The notes under the pieces are model-generated. The model was not told the origin of the DNA. It did not search any database and saw nothing but the letters and a program-made list of their open reading frames with translations. A stretch of DNA of 32,000 nucleotides from Candidatus Saccharimonadota bacterium (GTDB taxonomy: Bacteria > Bacillota_I > Bacilli_A > Mycoplasmatales > Hepatoplasmataceae). Positions 29,745 through 32,000 of this stretch are shown here, piece by piece. The stretch is from assembly GCA_027925325.1 (NCBI GenBank), contig AP027133.1:150001-182000 (forward strand), given 5' to 3'. Position numbers and translations under genes: made by a program. Each line of letters starts with the position of its first letter. Within the stretch, counting starts at the first letter, position 1.

Positions 29745-30083
29745 ATGAAAACTATAGGGATTGGAACCGATATTGTTGAAAATAAACGGTTAGATAATTT
29801 AGAATTAATAAAAAAATTTTTATCAAAAGAAGAATTTGAATATTTTATTAAGATTAAAAATAGAATAGAAGCACTCTCTTTTGCTGCAGGAAGATTTGCC
29901 GCAAAAGAAGCGATAATTAAAGCTTATGATAAAAAAATTTCATTATCTAATATTAAAATTGTAAATAATAATAATGGAAAACCAATAGTTTTTTTGGATA
30001 ATAAGAAAATAAATAATTTATTATTATCAATTTCTCACGAAAAAAATTATACAATTGCTTTTGTTATTTTGTTAGAAAATTAG
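29745..30083 (+). CDS. acpS: Holo-[acyl-carrier-protein] synthase (4'-phosphopantetheinyl transferase)
   Basis: MKTIGIGTDIVENKRL...FAAGRFAAKEAIIKA........I.......GKP......SISHEKNYTIAFV is the canonical AcpS pattern. GGAAAG lies 5 nt upstream. Confidence 0.9.
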   Translation: MKTIGIGTDIVENKRLDNLELIKKFLSKEEFEYFIKIKNRIEALSFAAGRFAAKEAIIKAYDKKISLSNIKIVNNNNGKPIVFLDNKKINNLLLSISHEKNYTIAFVILLEN

Positions 30084-30103
30084 TTGAAAGGTAAATTTAT
30101 AAA

Positions 30104-30997
30104 ATGATTGAATATATTAAAAATTTTTTTAGAATAATTTGATTTTCTTTATTTGAAGTTCACTCATTAAAAAGGGGATCTAAAAAGTTAAAAAAATGAA
30201 TTAAAAAAAATAAAAAAGAACAAGATCCAAATCTACATCCTTTTTCCAAAAGATGAAAATACATTTATAAAAAGATACGTCAGTTTAATAAAAGAGCAGG
30301 AATTAAGATTAAAGTAATTGGAGAAGAAAATATTCCTTCTGGTGCTACTTGAGTTACTCCTAATCATACTTCGAATTTGGATGGATTTTATTTGATTCAT
30401 GCTTTAGGTTCAAAATTAGAATTAACTTCTGTTGCAAGAGATGGAGTTAAAAAATCACGTTTAACTAGTGGATATTTTTTAGGTTCAGATTCATTTTACT
30501 TAAATAGAGCTAATATAAGAGATTCCTTTACGGTTTTAACACAAACTGCGCAATATATCAAAAAAAATAATCGTGGAGTAATTATTTTTCCAGAAGGGAC
30601 AAGATCATTATCAACAGATCTTTTGGATTTTAAATGTGGCAATTTTAAATTCCCACAGAAATATGCAATACCAATTTTACCTGTTACTGTTCTTGGAACA
30701 TTACAAGCAAAGCATTTCTTTAGTTTGAAGTATCGTGAAGTAACAGTTGTCATTCATAAAGTAATTAAACCAATTCAACATATTAAATTGCCAACCGATA
30801 TTTTATGTAAAAATATCCGTAATATAATTAAAGATGAACTTGATAAATATCAAAAAAATCTTTCTGCAAAAGAATTAAAACATTTTCTTAAATTAAAAGA
30901 AAAATCAAAAAAGAAACAATATAAAAAAAATCTTAAATTAAATAAAGAAATACAAAAATCATTAGAAGAAAATATAGAAGGTAAAGATGATAAATAA
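30104..30997 (+). CDS. plsC: 1-acyl-sn-glycerol-3-phosphate acyltransferase
   Basis: Four TGA=Trp codons in the first 90 codons; the track shows only 30377-30997. Acyltransferase motifs are present: NHTSNLDG (H(X)4D), the FPEGTRS block and VLPVTV-like IPILPVTV. Confidence 0.85.
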
Positions 30998-32000
30998 TAT
31001 CACAGAAATTATTAATAAAAAAGCTAATAAAAAAGAACTAACAGATCAAGAAATTGATTTTTTTGTTAATAATTTACATAAAAATATTAAGAAATATCAA
31101 GTATCAGCGATGCTTATGGCAATTAAAATAAACGGTCTAAATGATCGCGAACTTATAACTTATCATAATGCTATTCTTAATTCAGGCAAAATTTTAGATT
31201 TAGATGAAAATAGATTTGATAAACACTCCACAGGCGGATTGGGGGATAAAGTTTCAATTATCCTTGCACCTATTTTAGAAGCAATGGGGATAAAATTTTG
31301 AAAATTAAGTGGAAGAGGACTTGGCTTTACCGGAGGAACGATTGATAAATTAGAATCGATCAAAAAATTTAATACAGATTATAGCCTTAAAGCAATTTTA
31401 AAAAAAGATAATGCAAATCATAATTTAATTATTGGACAATCAAAAAATTTAATTCCTGCTGATAAATATACATATTCAATTAGAGATACTTCTGGTTCGG
31501 TAGATTCAACTGAGCTTATTGCCGCTTCTGTTATGAGTAAAAAGATTGCAATGGGAGCAAAAAACATTTTAATTGATTTAAAAGTTGGAAGTGGGGCATT
31601 TTTTAAAACTTTAAACCAAGCGGAAAAATTAGGTAAAAAATTACGTTTAATCGGTGAGAAAAGCAATCGAAATATTTATATTATTTATACAAATATGAAT
31701 GAACCTTTGGGGAAATCAATTGGAAATTCAATTGAAGTAAAAGAAGCGATAAGTTTTTTAAAAAATGAATATAAAGATGAAAAATTAGAAAAAATTATAT
31801 CTAAAATTGCAATTGAATTTTACATCAAAAAAAATAATGTCTCTTTAAAAGAAGCACAAGAAAAATATGATCATATTTTAAAAAAACACAAAGGATATGA
31901 TGCTTTTTTAAATATTTTGCAAAATCAAAAGGTAAAAATTAAAGATTTTAATGAAGATAAAATTTTTCTTCCCAAGCATAGTTATAGAATAATTGCTAAT
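30987..32000 (+). CDS. pdp: Pyrimidine-nucleoside (thymidine) phosphorylase; C-terminus outside the window
   Basis: ..LTDQEIDFFV......YQVSAMLMAIKINGLNDRE......A.L.SG......DKHSTGGLGDKVSIILAPILEAMG....KLSGRGLGFTGGTIDKLESI...DTSG..DS..LIAASVMSKK. One TGA=Trp (31299-31301). The frame is open to nt 32000. Confidence 0.9.

Noticed and set aside
1530-31666. Minus-strand ORFs in the track: 1530-1730, 2599-2787, 7166-7360, 7684-7896, 8184-8387, 12941-13168, 13533-13916, 18790-18996, 21345-21533, 21537-21719, 22044-22226, 22210-22473, 30496-30753, 31163-31363 and 31418-31666.
   Set aside because: Each lies antisense to a well-supported conserved + strand gene. Their sequences are low-complexity and F/I/L/K/S-rich, with no recognisable motifs and no SD or promoter context. 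They are typical shadow ORFs.
1-32000. A search for CRISPR arrays, IS elements or transposase fragments, integrases, toxin-antitoxin pairs, restriction-modification or other defence genes, and rRNA.
   Set aside because: None was found. All coding space is taken by recognisable housekeeping genes. No gap exceeds 316 nt, and I saw no long direct or inverted repeats.

Overview
This window is a very AT-rich, gene-dense chromosomal segment of a Mollicutes-type bacterium, and it must be read with genetic code 4 (TGA = Trp). I cannot name the species from the sequence alone. The supplied six-frame track uses TGA as a stop, so it breaks most genes into pieces. Once fragments are joined across in-frame TGA codons, I find 32 protein genes and one tRNA-Ile(GAU), all on the + strand. 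In order they are trmD-rplS, sufS-sufU, uvrC, ecfA1-ecfA2-ecfT-truA-rplM-rpsI, tRNA-Ile, rbgA, dprA-topA. These are followed by the conserved Firmicutes backbone rpsB-tsf-pyrH-frr-cdsA-rseP-polC-nusA-ylxR-infB-rbfA-truB-ribF-(rsgA)-rpsO, and finally acpS-plsC-pdp. This is core housekeeping DNA. I see no CRISPR array, mobile element, defence island or rRNA. The parts that gene calls do not explain are non-coding. First, the 316-nt rpsO/acpS gap holds a promoter-to-terminator unit on the minus strand, the only minus-strand signal in 32 kb, which I call as a candidate small RNA. Second, a roughly 180-nt G-rich structured region ending in a strong terminator lies between rplS and sufS. Third, the two loci share an exact 10-mer, which would make their RNAs complementary. 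Smaller oddities are a UvrC without the C-terminal HhH domain, an S2 protein with low-complexity extensions and tandem repeats, a possible nusA leader attenuator, and two probable leaderless mRNAs. All coordinates were counted by hand. CDS boundaries should be right to the codon, but RNA and promoter ends are approximate.
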